Numbered from the whole stretch's first letter, positions 1-13,447 are shown. The stretch is DNA of 63,137 nt, filler included, from Choristocarpus tenellus KU-1152 (GCA_964200185.2; 9 parts of 9 records of this genome joined end to end with filler, not necessarily neighbours in it), one strand, 5' to 3'. Numbers and translations: made by a program. The notes: generated from the letters alone by a model not told the origin.

Positions 1-167
1 CAAAATGTTTAGGAGTAGGTACAGTGTATATGTTATGAAAATGTGTGTCAGGAACATGGATATTGACTCTTCCTAACAAACACGATAGTCAAAATTTCAT
101 CAAAATCGCAACATTGGATTTTGGTCCCCAAATGGACGCAGCTCTACCCTCTAAGATACCTTGGCTC
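1..167 (+). mobile_element. MITE family A, right part (cut by window start)
   Basis: Aligns by eye to the full copies at 21164-21422 and 44974-45231 and ends in the TIR TACCCTCTAAGATACCTTGGCTC. Confidence 0.9.
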
Positions 168-1611
168 TCCTTGCATCTCTTGGGATGCTTTTCTTATAGC
201 CCGTCTCTTGCTGTCTTGTCTCACCAACTGGTGAATTTTGTAAGACATCAATCGTTGTCTTTCAACTGTTAGCTATGGTAACAATATGTAGATCTCATGC
301 TCATCTGTTCATGTACACTATTCCTTCTAACACTCAAATATGGCACTTGGATCTGGTTGCAAGCATAAATTACAATTACAGCGATACAATACTGTAATAC
401 AATTATGCACACTAGTGTTTATATTTTTCCGACCCGTTTCCGATAGCCACTGATCCTTGACTAAAGATAAAGGCATTACATTATTGTTCTTGTTACATAT
501 TCTAATTCCAAAATCTTGCGAGCTATTGGCCCGTAATCTTTTGTGACTACTGCGTTTTGGACCATACTATGCTGAAGGCCAATTCGCAGGTAAAGGTCTT
601 AAGGGAGTTGTGCACCATGAAGGATAGTATGCACCAAGCATTGGTTACTTGTTAATTGTAAGTTGCACTGTTGAGTGGGACATAAAAGAGAGCTCAGTAT
701 TGTACTTTCGACATTGCAACGTATATTGAAGTGATGCTTGTGCAGTCATTTTGTTTTTGCACTGGTGGAAAATATTGAAATTTCAGGGTTTCTTGGCCCG
801 TCCCAACTTCCTCCCTGCGATTGCGGAACAGTTCAGTCCCACTAAGACCAAGTCAAATATTTTTGTACATTTTCACATGCTGCAGTTTGCAGTGCTAGTT
901 GTAGTGTCTTGAAGAGAACAGAAGAGTGCCATTCTCTATCAGCCAGTTAGAGCCGAAGTAGGTTGTTGGCCTCGTGGAGTGAAGAGAGGATCGTGTTGCA
1001 GTGAAAATCTGTTTTATCAAGATATTTCATTGAGAGGAAGAAACGATACAGCATGGGCAAGCCTGTCCAACGGTTGAACAAGCAGTGATTCAACTATGAT
1101 GGAACAATGGTCGGCATTTCATTGTCATAAGTAGCAGCCAAGATAGCATACATGGAGAAGCAAATCCACTTGGGTAAGAACATTTGTTGTGGGCAAGACG
1201 TGTGGCACAGATAGGCTGACAAGGAGTAAGAAGTTAGTGGGTTCGCCCTACGAATGATGTCTTTTTTGTGGTCTAAACCCCGCTGAGAACAGAACAGGAT
1301 AGATGAAGGTCGGCAGGAGCTAGGGGATATCTTGATGGAGCTCTTTGTCAACCTGGCACGGTTGAGGTACACATTAGCGGGCAGAAGCATGGTCAACAAT
1401 GCTTGGAAGCAACCATGCTGTGTGAAAGTTGTGTCAAGGTTGGAAAAGCTGCTTACACCATTAGTGAAAAGTGGGAAGCTCTGCAGGGAGGAGGCTAACT
1501 CAAGTGGACGCACAGGGTGGCATGAATGATGTTGCTAGGCATGGTGGAGAATCCTTAGTGAAGGGGGCCTCAAATGACAAACATGTTCCTGTAAAGGCCA
1601 CTCTTCCCCAT

Positions 1612-1888
1612 TAGCCAAACCATTTAAGAGAGTAGGAGTTATGCCTTGCTTGTCTGTTCAGGGCTTGGCTTTCCTCGGGTATTTTTTTATGCCCTTTTTC
1701 GGTTTTCTGTGTGAAAATTTCGGATTTTGGAGTAGGTAAAATGCGTAGGACTATGAATAGGTGTGTCTGGAGCAAGCATATAGACACTTGCTAACAAACA
1801 CAATAGCCAAAATGAATCAAAACCACATATTGGATTTATGACTCTGAATAGACGTGGCCCTACCCTACCCTCTTACATGGTTTGACTC
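1612..1888 (+). mobile_element. MITE family A, diverged subfamily A'
   Basis: Same internal blocks as family A (ggagtaggtaaa, ggtgtgtctgg, ttggattt) with degenerate TIR ending TACCCTCTTACATGGTTTGACTC; closest to 40652-40903. Confidence 0.75.
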
Positions 1889-2822
1889 ACATTGTCCCAC
1901 CTTAAATGATACAGAAATTGTGTATCCATTCTAATCGACCTGGGCCTTGACCGACCACTCTTGCATCGGTGCATATAATGGGAGAGGTCTATTCACCTCA
2001 ACTAGAATGAAGCCGGGTTTTTTTTCTGATGTTCTAGGCTGTACATACCATGAGACAAACGATATACTGCCATTTAGTGGTCCGTGCAGAGCTCTATGCG
2101 ACAAGCATAATGGCCAGGTGACCACCGGTGTAATAGAAGGTCTTCCTTCCTCTCTGTTGGACTGGCTGGCCAAATGGTGAGGTGGAATGTTGAGAGGCAA
2201 GGTTTGCTGCTAATCTCGGCAGTTTTTTTCTTTACCTTGTGTAATAATTGCATCATTATCACCCCTTCAGTCTCCCATTCACACTTTTTTTTGTGCTGAG
2301 AAATCTGTCGCATCTTTTTCCATGCAACTTTTGAGTGTATATTCCGCCCTCCCCCCTTGTAGATTTTTGAACAAAAATACCTTTGACAAACCTCTAAGAG
2401 AAATGGCATGATGATATTCTAGAAACATCTCTCATACACTTGTTGAACTAGCGAGAAAGAGGAGACTGGCAGAGATTCTGTGGATGCCTGGTACATCTTC
2501 TGTTAAACAGTATGTTATCACAAATCTCATAGTAATAGTATGGCGAAGTTGAGAGCCAAATTTTGGTGGTCCGAACCTCTGATATAGTAAATAACCTCCA
2601 CAAGAATAGAGCTTGAGCACTGCATGCCACTTCATCCCTGCATTTAATTCTAGTACGTGAGTATGAACAGGGTAGTTTGTGGGGCGATGGTAGTAATGCC
2701 CTCTCAACTCCATAATGTTGTCTGCCCTCAGTAGCAAGCTTTCATGCAGGTAACATGCCCCATATCCCTCAACCCTATCACACCCAACCACTGCTCATTG
2801 TTTCAATATATATCTAATAAAG

Positions 2823-4846
2823 CTACTGGAGCGACTGCCCCATACTGTCAGTGCTTTTGGTGCTGAGCTCGCCGGGGGGGACCCAAAGCTAAATGCACGA
2901 GACCTGGCTGCTACTAAGCTCCTGGGCTTCATTGTTCTGGTGAGCAGAGAGCCGCAGGCACCTCTGGAGGTTGAGGTTTGGTGTATATGAAGGAAATAGC
3001 ATACTTTTCATGTGCACATACTTCACAAAATATACCGACTTCATCCTTCATGCCCCTTGCCTTAATGTTCATTGTTTCCACCCTTGTTTGTTGTTCCCTG
3101 ATCATAGCCCCAGCTACTGTTAAATTGCTGGGTTGTCCTTTTTTGATGTTGGGTATTAAAAAGTAGGGGTGTTTGCTTGTCAACCATCCTCACAACACTG
3201 TCCAGTCTTTGGCCTGTTTAAACTTGTTCTTGCTTCATGCTGTACTATAAAACCTAGTCAGCATGCTGGAAGACGAAGTGGGCAAGAACATTGGAATGTA
3301 TTTTTGTGATTGGAACCATCTTAAAGGGGGGTCGACTTTGTTCCTTTGAGTTTAAAGGCCTGCGTGAGCATGGGGTATATTTATTGCCCAATGCCCATGC
3401 CTGAAATGCAATACCCTCCCAAGGAGGGTGTGGATGTAGAAGAAGATTAGCTGTGAAATCATTTTTAGCTGAAATCTCTCTCAACAGAATTCGGAACACA
3501 TTTTCTGTAACGCAGTCATAGGCACCCTTCAAGCTTCACGACCCCCCCCCCCCCTAGATCACATCACTCTAGCCTCTGTCCTACAAGTTAATGATATCTG
3601 GTGCTTGACTGAGCAGGCTAATAACCCAACATCATCTCCTTGCCTTCCTCCTGTTACAGCAATCAATCTTTGAACCCAGCATGTTGTATGCACCACCAGA
3701 AACAGGGAGGTGAGAATTATTTTTTTTTCATTAGGGTGGCTAGGGTGTCCCCAACCAGTTGTATCCCTGAAACCCCTGCATCCTAGCAGATTGTTTTTGA
3801 TAGGCACCTTATCATTTTTGTAAATTTCCCTTGACTCAGCATTTTTTTTTCTGTTTTATGCAATTGATTGAAACTATATCAGGGACTGAATTGTGTTTTT
3901 GACAAAGGTTAGGAGAAATTGGTTTTACGAAAAAAAAAGTTGTGAAAACGACCTAACCCTAGTCAGGGTTACCAATATTGTTTCACTAAGAAGCCTTGAA
4001 GCAATTGCATTGGATGTTCCCGGGTCTACCCATTTCGTTATGTAACAGGTATGAGAAGAAAGGGGCCATTTTCTGGTCCCTTCAGAGAGAAGCCAAGTCT
4101 CTATCCTTCATTAACGCCCCCCTGGTGAGAGATTTCCTTGAGACTGCATTCTACCAGGGACTGCCAAACTTGGGTGCAATGCGGTGGCACTTCACTGAGG
4201 AAGGGAGTGGAATCTCACACCAACTCTACAGCTACGATGCTCAGGTTGAGAACTGGAAGAATTGGGACTGTGGCTGGTGGGGGGAGCCCCTTCTCATGTA
4301 AGGGAAGTCGGAAAGCATGACATATTGATGAACTGCCAATACTTGATATTGGTTCTTTAAGTGGGAACCAATTCAGAATTCTGAGAAGCTCTGTGTTGCC
4401 AATAATGTGCTCCACAGGGCATATGCCTATTTCCCAACTGAAATCTTTTGTATCATGTTACATCCAGATAGTAAAGCTTGGGCTGTGCTACGCCCTTCGT
4501 TCATGCCATGCAAGGTGGTGGGTGTGGCCATTCTTTGTTCTTAAATAATGCTTCACACAGCTATACATGCACCTGAGCTGAGCACAATTTTGGGTTGACG
4601 TCTGTGTTTGAAAATGGAAATATATTGTTGATGCACCTCATGTGAATAGACCTCTTTGTCCCAGTCTATCCAAGCACTACCAATATTTCTGAAAAACTTC
4701 ATTTTAGTGGGAACCAATTCACAAGTCAATGTGAGCCAAAATCTCCCTGCTAACCTACTTCACAGTATGTGATGTGTGTGGTGCTTTCCTACTAATAGAC
4801 TTTGTGCTGAGTTTGACACAGATCATAGATGTCTATGGTACTATTG

Positions 4847-4911
<65 letters not shown>

Positions 4912-7900
4912 AAAGTACTCTTATTAGTGGTAGTGGTCTTCCATTCTTCTGTGCAGGATCCCTGCAGTATCAATGTTAGTCCTGATCACAAGCAATTTTA
5001 GATAGACGGCACCCATCCATACAGAGTTCGCACAATGGTCAAGAAAAAAAATCTAATTGTCGGGAGCGGAGGCATTTCACCCAATGACATGACCATAGAA
5101 ACAGCAATACGTCTTTGAATTTTTTTGAGGCAAAGATATACTCTGAAATCCACCCCTCCAAATATTTGTCATTTTACTAGAGCCCTATTCTGCCTGTTTA
5201 ATAATGTGTCCATATTTTTTCAGTTAACATATGCTATGTATCCCTTCGTACTTTTCCTACACGTCTCTGACTGACAACATTAATATGATGGTTGTGATGC
5301 TGCAAGTCATATATGTATATATATATTATGCTGTTTTGATTTGCAAACTGTTCTTGTAAGACCACAAGTCATGGTCTCTCATGAGTTAACTTACACACAT
5401 TTGCAGAGGCCGATACCAGATATCTGATTAACAAATACATCCATCTCTAGTGTTGTGGAATGAAACTATCTGCAACCATGGCCGAATCAACAAGAGAATT
5501 TCAAGTGTTCAAATTGAATCAAAGTGAATGTCAGCGCATGAGGTGACACAAGCCAAAAACTCCAAAGCCTCCACGGATAGATCTCAGCAGGCAGATCCAA
5601 AGCCATGGACAGTGATATTTGTAGTGAGTTTTGGGTGGTGACACCTTGTGACGCATGTGTGGTTCTTCTGCAACCTCAGACACATTTAGTTGTGGCACTT
5701 CTGCTTGTTTTGTGATTTAATAAAAAGTTAACAGAATATTTTTGGTTCAGTTATTTGGTCATTTCGATTGGTCGAACTACAGCTGATGGACCTGTTGCTA
5801 TTTGCAACACTAGCCTTTGCGATGTTATCTCAAATTGATCTTGTGTCTGTGTCGGTCTGTTAAACCACAGCCTAACACATCATACACAACACGCTTCTAT
5901 TTTCCTGACTCTTTCACGTGTTACCAACGTTCAGCCTGCTACAGGGCCATGCAGCAAGTGGAATGAGGGAAAAGGATAAAAAGAATGACAAGGATGGAAT
6001 GCCAGACATGCGTACTTTGCTTCCAGCACTTCAGTTTGTCCTTGCTGGTGCCGTGGGGAGACCAGGAGGGTACCACCTCATACCAGCAATCAGACTCTGG
6101 TTTCAAGTTTTCAGCTACGTGTGAGTTATGTATTGCCAACCTGTGGTATTGTTGGTAGATCAATTATCCAATTTTGACTCTGATGTGATCGTGAATGCTG
6201 TAGTGATTCTTGAAGTAGTAGTGGTATGTTACTGATGGTCACCCTCAGGGGAGATATCTGCCTGCTCTATTCTAGGTGGTAGAAAATCAAGGCAATTACA
6301 GCACTCCATCACCTGTGCATTTGGAGATATCTGCATGGTTGAGTGAAATGTGCATTTTCTCTTATCTAGCAGAATTAGCCACATGGATCAACACACAGTG
6401 TATCTTTCTATCCAACTGCAAAGTATATGCTACTTACTTTTTTTGTGCTTTCATCCACATTACCATCCTGTTGACATTCCTCATGTATTTTTATGAGTGA
6501 CCAGCACTCCGGACTGTTGGGTGTATGTGGAATTTATCTTGTCTGCAATCAGCTGATTCTGATTATGCTTTGGTATTCACTCCAGGATGACATTGGTGTT
6601 GTTTAGTGCCGTGGTGGCAATTGAGGAACCTGCAGTCTTTCACAAACGAGAGGTGGTGTTCTACCTCTTCATTCTGGTGAGTGTGGTGGAGAACTCAGAT
6701 TCAGGGTGCCCCGCAGTCTCCTGTGACATGTGTGGTGGTTTTGGACCAGACTGATTCACATATATGTTTTGTTTTATCACAATTTCGTAGCCTCCATATG
6801 GTGACAAGTAATATTAAATTGATGTCACCTTGAATCAGTGCATATTTCATCTTCGTTTTTTTTAGAATCATTTATTTGCTTTGCAGACTTAATTTTTTAT
6901 TTACTTATTTTCCAGAAGGCGCTATTCACGTGTAATGTAAGATGTTGGGGTGAGAGGTGGGATTCGTGTTCCTTTTTTTTTGTTTGGAGAATAATAAATA
7001 ATAAATTCAAGAGTAATAAAGACATTCGAGCTGACTCCATACCGACTCCTGGGCCTTCAAATTTTTGACCGACTTATATTAGGTTACGACTTTGATTAAT
7101 GGACCTATAGTAGGTCGAATATTGGAGGTATACTGAACACAAGTTCCGTGTGACACATCGTATAATATGGAATCTTCGGTAGTTTTAGCGTCAAACGCAA
7201 CGTGGTCCATGTTGAGAAAGCCTTGTTCAACTTGGCTATGAACCATACATAAATGCAATATATCTCCTGTGTTCATTTTGAGAACTTGCCTTCTCAGCTA
7301 GGTGCCGGAAGTGTGACAAGTTTTGCGCATGCTTCCTTTCACTGTTACCTTCTTCCTTTGTTCTGGGTGTGATCACCCTGTTGAATTGAGACAGGGAATG
7401 GCTCTGCGGGAGATGTCGGAGTTTCGGAACTCAGTCAGGATTGAAAAAGAGAGGACAGTCAAGGCAATTTTTAGGTGATTGTGTGCATGTGATGTGATGC
7501 CATATGTCTTCAAGAGCTCTGCAGTGGTAGTTGAGAGAGATCACGTTGATGAATGCCGGCAATAGTGTATAACAAGATCTTCCTTCACGGGAACAATGCA
7601 AGTAGAGAGTTGATACATTATGGTGCAATAGGAAGATTCATTTTGATCCATGCAGGTGTAAGTCTGGAAGTTTCTATGGTTTCTCAATATGCGCCTTCTG
7701 CTTGAAGAATAAATCTAGCCTTCTTTCAGTCTGACTTCACGTCCGCATACTTTTTATTCATCACATTGTTTTTTTTGTTCGAAATCAGACATTCAGCGAA
7801 CAAATCGCTTATTTTTTTATTACGACTTTCTTGTTTGCTTCCTGTGGTTGTTGTATTTGTTTTGTTACAGGTACTTTAGCGACAGCTGGAATTTCCTGGA

Positions 7901-10625
7901 TGTCCTGCTTCTCATCTTGATGTCATGTGCATTTGTTCTTCGATGTATCGCTCTGGATGATGCCTCTGAGATGCCGTCGACTTTGTTCCCTGCACAGACA
8001 GCCCTTGCAATCAGTGCCCCACTGTTCTTCGCCCGAACCCTCTTCCTGGTGCAGATCAATAGCAATATGGGCCCCATGGTTCCGGTAAGTATTATGCATG
8101 AGCTTGTTTTTTTTCCTGGAATATATATGTAAGGCTTTGTTCCGTTGACTGAGCCATTCCTAGTTCCTTGGAATCCACTGTTGTTATGTGAGTCACACCT
8201 CTCGCTTCATTTCAATGGCGACATCTACTGGCGACATCTAGTGTTGCCTGAAATGTAGACACGGAAGATGCAAATTTTCTATGCTATCTCGTACTTGAAC
8301 TACTACTTTCACCCAATTAACATTCAAACAAACTGCACACTCACGTGCATGTCCAACTCAGATCATCTTCGCCATGATATGGGAACTGGCACAATTTGTT
8401 GTGCTTCTATTCGTCCTGATGGTGGGATTTGCCATGGCCTTCTGGGCACTATTCAACCCTAACTCTTCAGTACTACTCACAGACTACGAGTGTCCCGCAG
8501 GGTCCTTAGCCGGCAGTGAAGGATTTGATCATCCCGTTGAAGAACAGTATGGCAACTTCATCAAGGCTCTAGGGACGATGTTCACTGCCATGCTTGGAGA
8601 GTTTGACTTCTCAGTATTTGATGAGTATGAAGGTTGTGAGGAGGTTCCTCACAGCACGTTTGGAGAGGCTCTCCTAGCGCTCTTTTTGGTCATTATGTCT
8701 ATCATGTTGCTGAACCTTCTCATTGCCGTACTCAGCACAGCACACTCCAAAATCCACTCCAACATTGAGAAAGAGGCCCATCATTCCAAGGCCTCAATAA
8801 TGATGCATGCCAACACTTCTGTCCAGGAGGAAATGCTTCCCCCACCTCTAAACTTGATACCTGTGGCTATCGGGTTACTGATAGACATCCCTGCCATGTT
8901 TGGCATTGTTCGCAGGTTTGTAGGTTTCTGATTATACGTTTTTCTTTTGTCCTTGCACATAATGCTGTTACTTCAATGATTTTTGTCATTGATACTTGCT
9001 CAAAACGTCCATAGTTTATGACTTCTCTTGTACTGGGATGAACAGATGAAAGATGTGACTGTGTTCCACCTCACAATATTTATTTTTCCTGGGTCAATAG
9101 GTGAGCACAAGTTGCCACTTGTTGACCCTAGTATTGTTGTTTGCCCCTTTCTCCCATGCCGCTCGTTGGTGTTTATTACAGACCTTGGTCAGAGAGTCAG
9201 AGCTGGCATAGAATCAAGTGGGCCCTAGGAACATTTCTATTTGCGTGCACCATGGGTATACTTGCTGGGATTGTGTCTGTCGTGCTGTGGGTGATCTCTA
9301 CTCCGTACTTGGTGTGGGCTTCACTGTCAAAGAAGGTACGGTATTATGGTACAGACATATTGCTGAGTAAGGTGGGGCTAGTTGATGGCACTGTGGGCAG
9401 TAGGAGTCGTCCTTGCTGCGTATATCCCCAAATACATCTTGGCAGTATCATGTCTGTTTGAGAGGATTAATTGACCGGTTACTTGTGATGTTATTGGGGG
9501 TGAAAATGCTCAATGGGTTTGTGTCACACAGCTACTTCAAATTTCACCTAGCTAATGGCCCTCTTTCCTCATGCCACCCCTCATCACACCTGCAACCTTT
9601 TCCCTCTAACCCACGATGATAGAGTTGGAAGGATTGCCAAGATGGAATTACAACTGTTTGGGAGGAATATCGGGTTGGTCAGCTTTTGAATCGTCCATTC
9701 AGACAATGCTGCGCTAAGGGTCCTGAGGAGAAACAAGACCCTGTAACTCCACATGATGTATCAATGCCACGAGCAATCAAGAACAGTCCGGAGACCATCA
9801 ATGCAGGTAGTAACACCCAAAATGCTGAGAAAATACAGAGCAAGGGACTTACATTTGACTTTGTGTGGGGAACTTTCAGAGTTCTTGGGTGGCTGATATT
9901 TTCGACCACCTGCTCGGTCGTGATGGGGTGCATTGTGACAGTCCTTTATGGACTGCTCTGGCTCCGTGGTGTGTGGAGCATAGTCCAATGGTATGTTTGG
10001 GTCCACAGTGACCATAAGGAGAAGGAGAGCAAGCGCAGCACAGAGAAGAGGAAAGTGTTTCCATCAGGGGAGAAATGGGGGGATTGGAAGAAGGCTGAGG
10101 AGAATGCAACAATGTGCAAGTCCAAGAATAATGCAGAGTTTGACATCAGACCCTTCCTGCGGAGGACAACAGGTCAAGAGCTGAAAAACCTGCATGAGTT
10201 CATTGAGGATCCTTTCAAGGATGAGGATGTAAGTGCTAAGGGGAAAGGCAGGTATTGGAAACAAAACTGTTTGCTCACAGTTGACTTGGTGTCATGTTAG
10301 GCAATCCTATCTATCTAAAGGCAGTCGTTATCCTCCAGCAATTTTCTTGTCCCTCTTGCTCATAATGATTCAAAGTTGTATTTCTTACGGGCTCCGATTT
10401 GTTTGTCTTTATGCTGGTTGTACGGTGAATATTTTTTCTGTGTTGTTTTCTTTCACCACTTATCCTTCTCAATAGGGAAATCTCTGGGAAGATGAGGAAG
10501 ACAAAGGGGCTGTACGTGTTGGGCACCTACGACAGTACAGGCATTATGCAAAGGAGGACCTGAAGAAGCACCTGAAAAGCTGTTGCATGTGTCAGCAGAG
10601 TGGCAAGGAAGAGCAATATTGGTAG
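2823..10625 (+). CDS. Multi-exon TRP-family (6TM) cation channel; N-terminus incomplete or uncertain
   Basis: Phase-consistent GT-AG exons at 4049-4297, 5935-6120, 6586-6676, 7395-7474, 7871-8084, 8362-8915, 9182-9335, 9623-10228, 10476-10625 (stop TAG). Probable upstream exon 2823-2939 (LLERLPHTV), phase link unresolved. Motifs: YFSDSWNFLD (S2-S3), MGPMV (S4-S5 linker), pore FTAMLGEFDF, S6 MLLNLLIAVLSTAH, TRP-domain LPPPLNL. Confidence 0.88.
4850..4909. repeat. (CA)n microsatellite inside a dispersed repeat that recurs at about 55432-55500
   Basis: About 29 CA units followed by CGTAAAGTACT..TATTAGTGGT..CTTCCATTCTT..TGCAG.ATCCCTGCAG, the same text seen after a short CA tract at 55432. Confidence 0.85.
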
Positions 10626-10765
10626 TAGTAAGATCTTCGGATCCGCACTACCTCCTTTTTTTGTGTTGTTGTTGTGCAATTTATTGTAAAAAGCTGGTAG
10701 TGGTAAGATCTTTGGGCCTGCACTACCTCTGGTTTGTGTGTTTTTGTTGAGCATTTTATCGTCTT
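10621..10765 (+). repeat. Two-copy tandem duplication (about 75 bp) starting at the TRP stop codon
   Basis: GGTAGTAGTAAGATCTTCGGATCCGCACTACCTC... repeated as GGTAGTGGTAAGATCTTTGGGCCTGCACTACCTC... Confidence 0.8.
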
Positions 10766-11840
10766 GATGAGGTGTGGTGATGTCATACCTGTGATGATGT
10801 TGACCCTGCATGAACCTTCATGGTATGATAAAGCACTTTTTTGCTTACCAACTTGGCATCTTGGTGGAAACCCTGTGAAGAGGTTGCCCTCGTTTTCTAT
10901 CCACTATTCTCTCTAGTACTCTGGTGTGTCATGTCTTGGGCAGGGTTTGGGGTGGAAAATTTAGAGGGCGAGTTGGATGAGATTTGGTTGGTTGTTATTT
11001 GTCAGGTGATAGTCGAGCGCAAATGTTACTTTATCTACTGGTGCCAGAGAGCTGTGGAAATATTGTGCTGTGTTTCTTATCCTTGACACCATTTTTGTGC
11101 GTGCCAAGTTGTGATACCTGCACTGGATTGAGGAGCATTTATGCATTGATGTTGGTCGATTTCCAATGATAGATGGGAGTGCTCTCTGTACTCATCACTG
11201 TCGCACCCATCGCCCTTCTCACTCCTATATGAAATTGTTCAAATGTAGTTCTAGAGTTTGATAGACTGCAGTTTTGGGGGTTCCTCCATGGACTCTTCAT
11301 TTGAGCAACAAGGAGGTTACCTACTCATCATATACGTGAATGTTTGCATTGTTCAATAACACAGTAGGAACATACAAAGTAGTTTCCTATGGAGTACTCC
11401 AGAGTACATGTAGCTTGTTTTTCCTCACCAAAAGATTTGTTGTTTCTCCTCTGCTCTGGCCCTAGCTTGAGTCCTTTTTACTGTTCCAGAGCCTCTGTAA
11501 TACTACATATATCATGAAAAGCAATTTGAGAACCTTGGTGTTTGAGACATAATTCCTCTCTTTTTCCCAAACATGTTTAACAGATATTGCGTGCTAAAGA
11601 GTGAAACCACCAAGAAGTCGATTTGGCCCATTTGAATATGAAGGCATTTTGAACCTTGTGCAATATAAATACCAACCCATGCTTGAAATGCAGTTCATCC
11701 CCCTTTGGAGGGAGTTAATGTAGAAGAGAAGAGTAGCTGTGAACGCATTGTTTGCCAAAAGCGCCCTCCACACTGCTCAAAACACATGTACTATAAGGGA
11801 GTCATAAAACCCTTGCAAATCAACGACACCCCCCTAATAG

Positions 11841-11940
11841 NNNNNNNNNNNNNNNNNNNNNNNNNNNNNNNNNNNNNNNNNNNNTTAATTAATTAANNNN
11901 NNNNNNNNNNNNNNNNNNNNNNNNNNNNNNNNNNNNNNNN
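11841..11940. other. Artificial contig-joining spacer (N44-TTAATTAATTAA-N44); identical spacers at 16111-16210, 19198-19297, 22565-22664, 27148-27247, 30790-30889, 45546-45645, 55005-55104
   Basis: The same 100-bp construct occurs 8 times, and TTAATTAATTAA puts stop codons in all six frames. A separate ordinary 10-N gap lies at 62339-62348. Confidence 0.98.
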
Positions 11941-12049
11941 TTTTGATTAGTTTGATTAGTCACTCACGAAATAGAATTAATTTGGTGGCAATGACCCCCC
12001 CCCCCCCTTTTGAATTTTGAAGCTCACTCTCCTTCCTTTCACTCTCCTT

Positions 12050-13166
12050 ACTTCATGTACAACCTGATCCGCATAATACGGAATTAATCGAGTCATTTAT
12101 ATACACAAGTCTAGGGAACACCAATTTCTCTAACAATGTATCTCCGGCATGTTGGGTACAGCGAATTACTCCAGATCTATCTGACCCCCTCAACCCCACT
12201 CCCTTCCGAGTTTTGTTTGGGTGTGATCCTCGCACACAGCTAGACGCCCTAATACCGAAGTAGGATGGAGACATCGAGGTTGGAGGATTGAATTCCTTCA
12301 TTGAGCAACGCAGACAGAACTTCAGATATGTACGAGAGGTCCTGGAGAGAAGGATGTCTTCAAGACAGAAGCACAGAGAGAGAGCCAACGCTTTAATTAC
12401 CAGGTCTTCTCCAGGACTAGGATCCAACCAGGTGACCTAGGTTAGTGAAAGAAGCAGATAGCTCCATCCATGGGGGGAAAATAGGTGAGACAAGAGTGGG
12501 CAGGAAGCTAGTCCATGAAAGATGGACAGGACCGTGGACTACAAAGGCAGTTTCACGTCAGAGTAGTAGCATGACAGTTGAATTACTGGGTAGACAAACA
12601 CGCACGCGGAATGTTCATGCTTCCCACGTGAAGCCTTTCCAGGTAAGACCTATGCATCTGAGACATAGCTTCCAGGATGGATATGCCTAACTGGTGTGGG
12701 GATCGGACCTAGGTCTAACATAGCAATCCGTGGTAGCAACCCCTATGTACACCCTTACTGATAGGAAAGCAGTACTGTCGCCATCCAATGTATGGCACTG
12801 GGAGTACAAGGGGAAGTATCAGAACGGAGATCTGTCAGATTGGATCACCGAAAAAGAAGCTATGGATAGCTTCACCCCACTACAGTTGGGTGTATTCCAC
12901 ACCCTCTGGGACCTCTAAAATCCAGAATCAAGCCCACGTCCTATTGACACCCCGTATCAAGGAAAACCCTTGTCCCTAGAGGATGCACTACACCTTTTTC
13001 CCACAGGCACACTGTCAAGAAGTCATGGGAGGATGAGAAAGGAAGATATAAGTGGTATACAGGTACAGTCTTTGACTTCAAGTCACCTTACTGGAGGGTA
13101 AGGTTTAATGATGGAGATTGGTAAGAGTTGAACAAAAGCGAAATGAGTCGCTTCTCTCAAAAATGA
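12050..13166 (+). pseudogene. Ty3/Gypsy LTR retrotransposon pol 3' remnant: integrase C-terminus, chromo-like domain, Tudor-like tail
   Basis: TPFRVLFGCDPRTQLD (post-rve), KLVHERWTGPW (GPY/F motif), WEYKGKYQNGDLSDWITE (chromo-like), WYTGTVFDFKSPYWRVRFNDGDW*EL (Tudor-like). Several stops and frameshifts. Confidence 0.85.
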
Positions 13167-13447
13167 TCCAACAAAATAACCACGGTGACCCATATCAGAC
13201 CAAACAATTTTCATAGGATGCTTTCAATTTTATTTTTAATTTCATTTTATTTATTTATTGTCATTTCTTCTTCGTTTTTCTTTCTCCCTTCCTGTCAGAC
13301 AAGATATCCCCTTAGGTGCTTACCTTGCTCTACCTTCAATTCTTTCTTTTCTAATCCTTGTCTCCTCTATCTTTATATATATATATATATTGGCACTGAT
13401 GTTGATGTTATTGCCTGTCTTACACACTAGCAGCCGTCAGTATGCTT

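Noticed and set aside
1947-2180. SET-domain-like start (GRGLFTSTRMKPG)
   Set aside because: No downstream SET motifs (NHSC, ELxxDY). It may instead be an upstream TRP exon; unresolved.
5407-5625. Extra TRP exon with plausible splice sites
   Set aside because: It has in-frame stops, and exon 4049-4297 already joins 5935 in phase.
11841-11940. Recurrent palindrome TTAATTAATTAA within N runs as a biological motif
   Set aside because: It is an artificial six-frame-stop linker. ORFs ending in LIN or containing X runs are artefacts of it.
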